Positions 55,744 to 64,000 of a DNA stretch of 64,000 bases are shown here, piece by piece. The stretch's first letter is position 1. The number at the start of each line of letters is the position of its first letter. A program made the translations under genes and the position numbers. Origin of the DNA: a virus; IMG/VR virus record IMGVR_UViG_3300009149_000016, positions 43,137-107,136 of that record. One strand, written 5' to 3'. Under the pieces are notes generated by a model. It searched no databases, had not been told where the DNA came from, and saw only the letters and a list, made by a program, of their open reading frames with translations.

Positions 55744-58700
55744 TTACCTTCGACCCTGAGGATTGGTTGCTTCCAATGATGCAACCTTTGCCTTCAGGGA
55801 GTCAACCTGTAGGCTCAATTCCTGAACAGCTTTGATGAGCGGCGAGATGAATTCTTCATATCGGATCGACTTCATGGCGTCTTGGTCGCCCTTGTCGTGC
55901 CCGAGATCCACGTAACCACCGAAATCAAGATCTCGCTTGTCCAGGACGTCCTTCACCTCTTGGGCGATGAGACCGTAATGCTCCCGCACGTGCTTGCGAC
56001 TTTGTTTCCGGCCCTCGTTCTCACGATCCTTGAACTTGTACTGAACGGGCCGAAGCTCGTTGATGAATGAAAGCCCCTGTTTCAGATCCTGGATGTCTCG
56101 CTTCAACCGGCGATCGGAAGACCCTTGGATGACGCTCCAACAGTACACGTTGTCGCCCGTGTAGTCACCGAGTTGAATGTCGCCGGTCGTCAGGGCTGCT
56201 TGTGCCGTGAAGTTGTAACCGATGGCCGTCATGCCTGTGCCGCCTGAGTCGGCGCTGTTCAGGTTGACGTTGTAACCCAAGATGTTGTTGTAGCTGCCCG
56301 TCGTCGGGTACAAGTTGCCAGAACCAGCGCCCAGAATCGTATTGTTTGAGCCGGACGTGACTCCCGCTCCCGCAGAGGCCCCAAGAAATACGTTGGAATC
56401 TCCCGACGAAACGGTGCCACCGGCACTATTTCCGACCGCCGTGTTGGAATCTGCTGTACAAACGTCCAGGGCGAGATAGCCGACCGCTACGTTCTGACTG
56501 ACCGCCACGTTGGTCCCGAGCGTTCCTGAACCGATGGCAACGTTGCGGCGAGATCCGGCGCCGGGGGTCTGGTACATGGCGTTGTAGCCGACCGCCACGT
56601 TGTCATCATTTTCCTGATCGGTTGCCGTGGCAACCACAGCCGCCATGGCCTGGTAGCCGATGGCAACGTTCTCCCGGCAGTGACCATTGACGCCGAAACC
56701 ATTGCCAACAGCGAGAGCGTTGTAACCAATGGCGACTGAGCCGTCCCCAATATTGGTTATCGCCGCCGCCATAGCCCCCACACCGATGGCGATGTGCCCG
56801 TTCTCGGTGTCGAGATCGTTGAGAGCATTGCGACCGATGGCGATGTTATTCGATCCTGTCGTCAAAGCGCTCAAACTGGCCGAAGAAATGGCTACGTTGT
56901 CGGAACCGGTCGTGCATGCGTCCAGGGTCGCGTCTCCCAATGAGACGTTTCGACTTCCGGACGAAACGAGATATAGGGCCCGGTATCCGAGCGCAATGTT
57001 GTACGAAGCTGACAGGTAGGTACTGGCTCCGTAGTGGGCCTGGTAGCCCATGGCGACGTTGTAATCGCCTCCGGAGTCGGACCGGTAGCCCGTTTGATAG
57101 CCGATGTACGCACTTCCGGTGCCGATGCCTTGGTAACCAGCGCTGCGACCAACAAAAGTGCACTGAATGGTGCTGGCAGTAGTCTGATACCCTGAATCGG
57201 CTCCGATGCAGACGGTCTCGTTCCCGGTGATCGTTCCGGCCCTGAATCCTACGTACGTGCACTGAGTTCCGTCTGAGTTCGTTCCCGCCTGGCTGCCGAG
57301 CACGGTCGACTCGGTGCCCATCTTCAGATATCCGGCGTTGTACCCCAGCGCAACAGCGTTCACCGCAGCACCAAGGCCGTTGCCCGCTTGATACCCAATG
57401 CCGATGCAAGCAACCCCGGTGGAACCCTGCATAGCGCTGGTGCCAATGGCTACCGTGTATTGCCAGGGACTACCGTTCGCATTGCACGCGTTGTCCCCGA
57501 TGATCACGCAGTTGTTGATCCCAGTCGTCTGACTGGTATGCGCCAGTGCCGTGTACCCGATGATGATGTTGCTCGCCGACGTCGTCAAATACCTTCCGAC
57601 ATAGGTCCCCATCACACAGTTGAACCCGCCCGTCGTGACCGCAGAGATAGCCCCGAACCCGAGGGCCACGTTCCATGAAGCGCTGGACCCTGCCACATTA
57701 CCTTTGCCAGCCTGATAGCCGACGTACACGTTGTTGTCGCCGGTCGCGTAACGTCCGGTCTCATAGCCAAGGCAAGCATGGTTGTCGCTTGTGTTGCCAT
57801 CGGCCATGGAGAACATTCCGACGGCGGTGTTGTACTGTCCCTGCGTCTTTTGGTAAGCAACCTGGGTTCCGACGTACGTGTTGAAGCTGTACGTCGAACC
57901 CAAGTCCCTGGCTGCCAGTTGGCCGATAGCAACCGTGCTACCACCGCCCGTACTATTGGAAAATGCACCTGATCCAACGATCGTGTTGTTCGCACCAGCG
58001 GAAGTTAGAGACGCGCCCGTGTTGTAGCCAATGTAGGTCGAGCCCGTGCAGTACCACTTGTCAGTGAGGTTCCAACCCATCGCTCCATAACCAAGACGAG
58101 TGTTCGTTGTGGAGCCAGAAAAGGTCGTCACGCCTCGATACGTCAGTGCGTGTGCATGCTGCCCAGCGGTCGCAACCCACCTCTGGTTTCCCGCCCCAGA
58201 CGTATCGATGGTCGTCTGATTGTCATTCCCGGAAAGCGCGAGCGGGACCGCCTGATACATGGTCATGGTCGACTGAACCCAACAGATGTCACCATCTGTT
58301 GGCACCGCCGCTGCCGCTGCCGTGTAATCGGCATAGATCGTCACCCCACCACCACCACCCGAATTCAGATCGTAGAGAGTGGTCCCGTCGTCCGTGGCAC
58401 GCCACTTCTCAAGCGTGTCGTCATACAGAAGGTAGGGCTTGTTGGCGAAGTCATTGTACGCGACGATGTGGAAGTCTTCAGCGATCCCGGTGCCGAAGTA
58501 GACGTTCGCGCTCTTGATCGAGGTTGTGTTCGTACCTTGACCGGTGAGCCCCTGCCCAATGACGATCTCGTCCGACACCCCAACGGCAGACGGCGTGATG
58601 CTCGCCCCTAGATAGACGTTGTTTGAGCCGGTCGTTAATGTCGGCGCTGCCCAGTGGCCTGCGAACAAATTCGATCCGCCAGTAGTCACACCCTTACCAG

Positions 58701-60111
58701 CAGTCGATCCAATTCCAACATTTCCAACAGCGCTCGATATGTCGACCAGAGTCTCGAACCCGACCCCAACGTTGTCCACACCGGACAAGTACGTGGCGTT
58801 CCCCTGTAGCGAACTGGTGCCAATCCCGATATTTCTGTTGCCGCCAACATTGACATTTTGTCCAGCAAACGTACCGATGAAGATCGAGTTTTGGCTTACA
58901 GCATTCTGACCCGCCTGGTACCCGATCGAGATGAGCCCATCTCCAACGCCGTTCTGACCAGCTTGGAATCCAAGAGAGACGATGCCCAAGGCACCAACTG
59001 CGATAGCGCTGCCAGCTTGATGCCCAACCAGAACGCACGAGGCTGCTGTGGTAGCACTCGCGCCCGCACTTGTCCCCACCAGCACGTTGGAAGCCCCGCT
59101 CGCCAAAGCGGCTCCCGCACTATACCCAACGGCAACGTTGTCATTTCCGCTGTTGGCGATGACCTGAAGCGCCCCGTAGCCCACCGCCACGCAATGCTGT
59201 GCCGTCGCTCCTGAAACGCCTTGCAGAGCGATCTCACCAATGGCAACGTTGGCTTCACCGACGGTGTTGCTGGCCGCAGAATAACCAACGATGGTGACTT
59301 TGCCGCCCGTTTGATTTCTGCCGGCATTGTAACCGATCGTCACAGACGTGCCGCCTGAAGCCAACTCACCAGCCTGGAAACCAACCGCCACGTTTCCGGT
59401 AACCGAATTTGCGCCCTTCTGAGCCTTGTAGCCTACGAAAACGTTCGCATTACCGCCCGTCAGATCACCGGCTGTGTTGTGCCCAATGATGACAGATTGC
59501 GTCGTGGTCGAGGACGACAACAACGTGTCGGAGCCGATGATGACGTTTTCAGAAGCATTGAGGTTTCCAGCGGCGCCCGCTCCGATGACCGTGTTTCGAT
59601 TCGCTGTCGAAAGACCATCTGCCGCCTGGTAACCGATGATCGTACAATCATCGGCCGTAACCATCGAAGCGCCGGCTCCGAAGCCAACCACGGTTCGATG
59701 GATCGACCCTCCAACTCCTGAACCCACGGTGCCGGAACCAAGAACCGTTCCCCATGGGGTTCCCGTTTGCGTGTACCCAAGCAGAGACGAACCGGTCCCG
59801 ATGTCGAGCCAGGAACCGTCGCCATTGTTGATCTGCATGGCGCTGTCGCCTTCAGACCACCGGATCCCGGCGTTGGTCCCGGTCCCTCGCTCGAATTCTA
59901 AGGTTGAGGTTTCGCCGGTCCCTGAATAGGCCGAGTTGAGAATTGTCAGGCTCCCTTCGATCCTGATTCCCCCACCCGTCCCGGCTGTCAAGGTCAGGTT
60001 GTCAGTTGAAGTCGCCTTACAACCCGCACCAACGAGCAAGATGTCCCCGTCGTTGACTTCGCCCATGCTTTTTTTGGTGAAGTCGATGGTTAGGGCGCGC
60101 TCTTCTGACAT
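55744..60111 (-). CDS. tail fibre with YadA-head-like repeats and C-terminal intramolecular chaperone (peptidase S74)
   Basis: Dozens of ~14-15-aa N(V/T)A(V/I)G..A repeats; SDRRLKRDI...GLIAQEV...IRYEEFISPLIKAVQEL. Confidence 0.9.
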   Translation of the reverse strand: MSEERALTIDFTKKSMGEVNDGDILLVGAGCKATSTDNLTLTAGTGGGIRIEGSLTILNSAYSGTGETSTLEFERGTGTNAGIRWSEGDSAMQINNGDGSWLDIGTGSSLLGYTQTGTPWGTVLGSGTVGSGVGGSIHRTVVGFGAGASMVTADDCTIIGYQAADGLSTANRNTVIGAGAAGNLNASENVIIGSDTLLSSSTTTQSVIIGHNTAGDLTGGNANVFVGYKAQKGANSVTGNVAVGFQAGELASGGTSVTIGYNAGRNQTGGKVTIVGYSAASNTVGEANVAIGEIALQGVSGATAQHCVAVGYGALQVIANSGNDNVAVGYSAGAALASGASNVLVGTSAGASATTAASCVLVGHQAGSAIAVGALGIVSLGFQAGQNGVGDGLISIGYQAGQNAVSQNSIFIGTFAGQNVNVGGNRNIGIGTSSLQGNATYLSGVDNVGVGFETLVDISSAVGNVGIGSTAGKGVTTGGSNLFAGHWAAPTLTTGSNNVYLGASITPSAVGVSDEIVIGQGLTGQGTNTTSIKSANVYFGTGIAEDFHIVAYNDFANKPYLLYDDTLEKWRATDDGTTLYDLNSGGGGGVTIYADYTAAAAAVPTDGDICWVQSTMTMYQAVPLALSGNDNQTTIDTSGAGNQRWVATAGQHAHALTYRGVTTFSGSTTNTRLGYGAMGWNLTDKWYCTGSTYIGYNTGASLTSAGANNTIVGSGAFSNSTGGGSTVAIGQLAARDLGSTYSFNTYVGTQVAYQKTQGQYNTAVGMFSMADGNTSDNHACLGYETGRYATGDNNVYVGYQAGKGNVAGSSASWNVALGFGAISAVTTGGFNCVMGTYVGRYLTTSASNIIIGYTALAHTSQTTGINNCVIIGDNACNANGSPWQYTVAIGTSAMQGSTGVACIGIGYQAGNGLGAAVNAVALGYNAGYLKMGTESTVLGSQAGTNSDGTQCTYVGFRAGTITGNETVCIGADSGYQTTASTIQCTFVGRSAGYQGIGTGSAYIGYQTGYRSDSGGDYNVAMGYQAHYGASTYLSASYNIALGYRALYLVSSGSRNVSLGDATLDACTTGSDNVAISSASLSALTTGSNNIAIGRNALNDLDTENGHIAIGVGAMAAAITNIGDGSVAIGYNALAVGNGFGVNGHCRENVAIGYQAMAAVVATATDQENDDNVAVGYNAMYQTPGAGSRRNVAIGSGTLGTNVAVSQNVAVGYLALDVCTADSNTAVGNSAGGTVSSGDSNVFLGASAGAGVTSGSNNTILGAGSGNLYPTTGSYNNILGYNVNLNSADSGGTGMTAIGYNFTAQAALTTGDIQLGDYTGDNVYCWSVIQGSSDRRLKRDIQDLKQGLSFINELRPVQYKFKDRENEGRKQSRKHVREHYGLIAQEVKDVLDKRDLDFGGYVDLGHDKGDQDAMKSIRYEEFISPLIKAVQELSLQVDSLKAKVASLEATNPQGRR

Positions 60112-60133
60112 GTGATTTCTCCAAATAGGGGGA

Positions 60134-60164
60134 AGGTCGGAACCCTCACATAAGAGCCCGACCT
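60134..60164 (-). other. intergenic hairpin
   Basis: AGGTCGG/CCGACCT outer stem with a G-U-extended inner stem on the minus strand; no strong U-tract. Confidence 0.5.
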
Positions 60165-60187
60165 AAAAGGATTAGGGATGGGGAGGA

Positions 60188-63100
60188 CTAGGCGACCGAA
60201 ACAGGCTCGCCGATTTGGATGAGCATCTTGATCGGGGAGTGGCTCGTCAGGATGCCGATCTTGCAGCGCTCGTCACCGGAAGCAAAGTCCGTGACATCCG
60301 AGTGCGCCAAGAACTGGCCGGCGTTGTTCGGGCTGGCGTAGACCGGGAAGCCAACGTCACCCGAAGTGGGGTCGGCGTTGTCGAATCGCCCAGCGGCAAT
60401 CGTGACTTCACCGTTGGTGTGCACAGTCGCATTGTTTCCGATCGTAGCGGCTGCGGTCACGACGCCCACCGGATAGTACCGGGTACCGGAGGAAAGCATC
60501 GTGGAATGGAACACTTCAGGGCGAGTGTCCCCAGCATCCCACTCGGAAACGACCACGCTGCTTGCCGTGATGCCTTCGCCTGCGGGCTGCGTGATGGTGA
60601 GCGTGCCAGGTGTCGAATCGTGATAGTGAAGCCCGGTGGCGTCACTGTTGTCGGTCAGGGTATCGAGGTTGGCTGCCGTGACGTCGGCTCCGACCGAGAC
60701 GCCTTCGATCTGGAAGTAGGCGCTGGCGTTGAGCGGCAGGTTGATGTTCGCAGTCCCACCGAAGGACAGCAGCGGAGGCGTGGCATCAACATCGAATTGG
60801 AAGTTGTTGGTGCCGCCACCGATACGAACCAACGAGGTGTTCGTAACACCAAGGTGGATGTGGCCGTCGGGCCCGCCGCCCGCTGCGCCACCGTTGATGA
60901 TGATCGAGCCACCGTTGGCTCCGGAAGCACTGGCACCGCCTGTGATATTGATCGAACCAGCGTCGCCGCTTGTGGCTGCGCCGCCTGTGATGTTTACCGC
61001 ACCAGAGGCACCAGTTGTCACGTCGCCGCTTGTGAGGTTCAAGTCACCGGAAGCGCTACCAGCGTTGGTTGTGGCTCCCGACAAGATCGAAAGATCCTGT
61101 CCTGCCCCAGCGGTGGCTGTTTCCACATCGATTGTGCGGGCACCGGTTCCGGCAAGGGTCATGTCCAATTCAGCTTCCCAAGCGGTCGTGCTGTGGTTCC
61201 ACTGAAGGATCTGTTTGGTAACCGTGCCAGCTTCGAGGCTCGCGCCAGTGGCGAGAGGCTGCCAATCCTCTGCCGCTCCATCAACCGTGACTTCCCACTG
61301 GTCGTCTTGATGGTTGTACCGGATGCCGCCCTTGGCAACGCCCGAGATGTTGGCGAAAATCTGGTAGCCGTTGGCATCGGTCCCAGATGCTGTGTCACCG
61401 TAGAAGATGCTTCCTTCTGCGGTTTCAGCCGTTTGCGTTTCGCACAGCAAGTAGATGCTGCCAGGCGTACCATCGGTTCCACCGACGCCGCCAGCGCCAG
61501 TCAAGACCCGGAAGCTACCACCGTCGCCGCTTGTGGTCGTTCCCACACCGCCATCGCCGATCGCAACGACCACATCACCACCGTCAGGACCCGCTCCGAG
61601 GGTGGATGTGCCACCAGGACCGGTCGTGATGTTCACAGCACCACCGATGCCGCCGACGGTCGTAGCACCGTCACCACCGGCAATGCCCGAGACGTAAGCA
61701 GCGCCACCAGGCCCGCCGATTGCACCGTTGCCAGCACCACCACCACGAAGGTAAGCGTCGCCACCGGCTTGGGTCGTGCCAGTACCAGCACCACCTTGCA
61801 AGAACATGTCGCCGCCATCGGTCGCCGTAGGAGCGGCTTCCATGGCAATTCGAGCGCCTTCGTTGGTGTATTGGTACACCATGCCGAGACCTGAAGTCAC
61901 GAGGAAGCGAGTACCCGTAGCGAAGGAATCTGCCGCCGATGTGTTGGTCAGGTTTTCGCTTTGGAAGTTGATCCGACCATAGAGGGTGCCGGCAAGGTTG
62001 TCGAAGCTGATATTGCCGTACATGTGTGCGAAGCCAGCGTCTGAGGCTACTCCGGACCCCGACCCACCACGGATTTCAACATCACCGCCTGTACCGGTTG
62101 ACGACGGACCACCTTGGAGATACGTGGTGCCACCGGTCCCGGCTCCACCTTCAGAGCCACCAACGAGGTTGAGGGTGCCGCCCGTGCCATTGAGGAAGCC
62201 CAAGCCACCCTTGACATGTGTGGTTCCACCATCCGTTGCGAGAAGCCCGGATTGACCAGCTTGCAGCGTGATATCGCCAGGTGCGCCGCCTGTGCCACCA
62301 TCACCAGCCTGCAAGTTGATAGCGCCACCGCCACCAACTGTGGCATCACCCGCATTAAGAGTGATAACGCCACCGTTGCCAGCAACTGTGCCACCTGTGT
62401 TGGTGTAAATCAGGATGTCACCAGCACTGTCACTGGTCCCGGCACCGTCGCCGGCTGTGATGTTCAAGTTGTCGCCGTCGCCGGCATCTGGCGTGTCGAT
62501 CCAGATGAGACGCGTGCCACCCTTCGGAAGGGTCAGGTTGGTGTTGTCGGTCGTCCAACCACCCACAGCGTCGCCCACGAGGCGATCGTATTCACGCTGG
62601 GATGCCGGAAGCGTATTGCCGCCACCGACAAGGTCTGTCCAAGTGGCCGACGCACTATCGATGCGGTACTGCCACTTGTTGTTGGCGTTGTCGTAGCGAA
62701 GACCGGCTGTGTATGCTGTGCCGGTTGTGTTGGCAAGAAGTTGATAGCCATCCTCTGTGGTCGGCTGGGCGAAGTGTCCGAAGACCACACTTCCGGATGC
62801 GCCGGTCGTCTGTTGCACGCCCGGATTCAAGTAGATATGACCACCAGCCGAACCGGCTCCAACTCCATCGGCGGCTCGAAGTCGGAGGAGATCGCCGTCA
62901 CCACTTGACGGTGCGTCAATCTGCAAGGTCGTGGGTGCTGCCGTGAAGATAATCGAACCACGCACGCGAGCATTGGTGCTATCGAAATTGATCTCAGTCG
63001 TCGCGTCGGCTCCGAATTCGATGAGGCCATCGATCTTGACTTCCGCAGCCGGAGACGTCTGAGACGGTCCCAGGATTTGGATGCCGTGTCCGTTGACAGT

Positions 63101-64000
63101 GTAGGGCCCAATCTCAGTTTCGGCACCACCTGTGGTGGAGCCATTGGAACCGATCCAAACCTTGCCTTCCGTGGTGGCATCACCCGCCTGTACGAAAAGG
63201 TCGCCACCGGTCGAGGTGCCACTACCGTGACCGCCCCGGATGGACGCATCGCCGCCGTCTTGGCCCGACGTTGATGCGTCCTGGCCGTGAATCGTGATGC
63301 TGGTTTGATTGTCGCCATCCTTGACGAAGACCGTCCGGCTAGCGGCATCACCGAAACGGATGTCGCTCACCACCTGGTTGTCAGCATGTCCCGCCACGAA
63401 GTCGATGTCGACGCCTTCGGTGCCACCGAACTGAACTTCGGTCGTGTGATTGTTCCCAAGGTACACGACGCCGTCATCGCCAGTCGCGCCGCCGTCGCCG
63501 CCGTTGACGGCCACATCGCCGGCTGCTTCGCCGCCTGTTGCAGTACCACCTTCGACGATCACACCACCACCCGCCGAGTTGCCAGGGGTTCCGTTGACGT
63601 TCGTGCCGCCTCTTACGAGAACTGCACCACCAGCGGAAGCCGCCACGGTGTTGCTGGCACCGAGGAACTGCATGGTCGTAGCATCTGCACCGGAGTTGTC
63701 AGCCATCTTGACATGGGCTGTTGCCGCTGCGGGAAGCTGCATGTTGCTGACTGCGGTCCAACCACTGTTCCACTCCAGATGCTGGTCGGTCGTGCCGTCA
63801 GGAACGCCACCACCGGAACCGGTGAGGATGTCTTCCCAGGTGCCAGCGCCGTCATGGCATGCCTGCATCGTGGTTCCTTCGAACCGGATACCAGGACCGT
63901 TGGCTGCCGTCGGGGCCGTATGCACCGACGTCTTGAATCCCATCGTTGCGTGGTTCGCGCCACTGTTGCCGTAGTTCAGGAAGCCATGGAGGCCGGTTCC
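60188..64000 (-). CDS. glycine-rich fibre protein, 5'-truncated, with C-terminal cement/decoration-like domain
   Basis: Frame is open to the window edge; repeated GG.(V/I).(I/L).GG units; C-terminal AGE.I...GVV..AA..G...V...GEV...G.PVY.S. Confidence 0.75.
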   Translation of the reverse strand, partial: GTGLHGFLNYGNSGANHATMGFKTSVHTAPTAANGPGIRFEGTTMQACHDGAGTWEDILTGSGGGVPDGTTDQHLEWNSGWTAVSNMQLPAAATAHVKMADNSGADATTMQFLGASNTVAASAGGAVLVRGGTNVNGTPGNSAGGGVIVEGGTATGGEAAGDVAVNGGDGGATGDDGVVYLGNNHTTEVQFGGTEGVDIDFVAGHADNQVVSDIRFGDAASRTVFVKDGDNQTSITIHGQDASTSGQDGGDASIRGGHGSGTSTGGDLFVQAGDATTEGKVWIGSNGSTTGGAETEIGPYTVNGHGIQILGPSQTSPAAEVKIDGLIEFGADATTEINFDSTNARVRGSIIFTAAPTTLQIDAPSSGDGDLLRLRAADGVGAGSAGGHIYLNPGVQQTTGASGSVVFGHFAQPTTEDGYQLLANTTGTAYTAGLRYDNANNKWQYRIDSASATWTDLVGGGNTLPASQREYDRLVGDAVGGWTTDNTNLTLPKGGTRLIWIDTPDAGDGDNLNITAGDGAGTSDSAGDILIYTNTGGTVAGNGGVITLNAGDATVGGGGAINLQAGDGGTGGAPGDITLQAGQSGLLATDGGTTHVKGGLGFLNGTGGTLNLVGGSEGGAGTGGTTYLQGGPSSTGTGGDVEIRGGSGSGVASDAGFAHMYGNISFDNLAGTLYGRINFQSENLTNTSAADSFATGTRFLVTSGLGMVYQYTNEGARIAMEAAPTATDGGDMFLQGGAGTGTTQAGGDAYLRGGGAGNGAIGGPGGAAYVSGIAGGDGATTVGGIGGAVNITTGPGGTSTLGAGPDGGDVVVAIGDGGVGTTTSGDGGSFRVLTGAGGVGGTDGTPGSIYLLCETQTAETAEGSIFYGDTASGTDANGYQIFANISGVAKGGIRYNHQDDQWEVTVDGAAEDWQPLATGASLEAGTVTKQILQWNHSTTAWEAELDMTLAGTGARTIDVETATAGAGQDLSILSGATTNAGSASGDLNLTSGDVTTGASGAVNITGGAATSGDAGSINITGGASASGANGGSIIINGGAAGGGPDGHIHLGVTNTSLVRIGGGTNNFQFDVDATPPLLSFGGTANINLPLNASAYFQIEGVSVGADVTAANLDTLTDNSDATGLHYHDSTPGTLTITQPAGEGITASSVVVSEWDAGDTRPEVFHSTMLSSGTRYYPVGVVTAAATIGNNATVHTNGEVTIAAGRFDNADPTSGDVGFPVYASPNNAGQFLAHSDVTDFASGDERCKIGILTSHSPIKMLIQIGEPVSVA

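Noticed and set aside
55744-60111. Bacterial trimeric autotransporter adhesin or DGR target
   Set aside because: No signal peptide or membrane anchor; it ends in an S74 chaperone; no reverse transcriptase or template repeat was seen.
1-64000. Stop-codon reassignment, as seen in some jumbo phages
   Set aside because: Genes tile densely in the standard code and TAA, TAG and TGA all end genes.
1-64000. tRNA/rRNA genes, integrase or att sites
   Set aside because: None recognised by eye and intergenic gaps are mostly under 110 nt; tRNAscan-SE would confirm.

Overview
This 64-kb window looks like part of a large, GC-rich tailed dsDNA phage genome, probably a jumbo phage. It uses the standard genetic code and almost all genes are on the minus strand. 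Modules from left to right: (1) 1-9.6 kb, RNA repair and proteolysis accessory genes (Rnl2-type RNA ligase, ClpX, nitrilase-family hydrolase, HExxH zincin, CCA-adding-family nucleotidyltransferase, SWIM protein); (2) 9.6-13 kb, nucleotide metabolism (DHFR with an N-terminal extension, ThyA with an inserted Cys/His domain, 5'(3')-nucleotidase); (3) 14.3-17.6 kb, a DUF2997-DUF1257-Ycf46-like AAA cassette followed by a possible degenerate HK97-fold protein; (4) 17.7-28.3 kb, replication (family A DNA polymerase with a LAGLIDADG intein, stand-alone CHC2 zinc finger, DnaB, degenerate loader, SNF2 helicase, MazG-like, DUF1653); (5) 28.5-64 kb, a late block of membrane proteins and very large tail/baseplate/fibre proteins. 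Non-coding signals read directly from the sequence: three tandem hairpins with different stems and an identical 10-nt loop (28354-28444); a GGTGTAG motif 8-9 nt upstream of eight start codons; a shared TTGAT-N17-TTA-GGTGC-ATG architecture before both isolated plus-strand genes; and a candidate late CYTATS motif. I saw no tRNA, rRNA or CRISPR array by eye. All family assignments come from motif recognition; no database searches were run.
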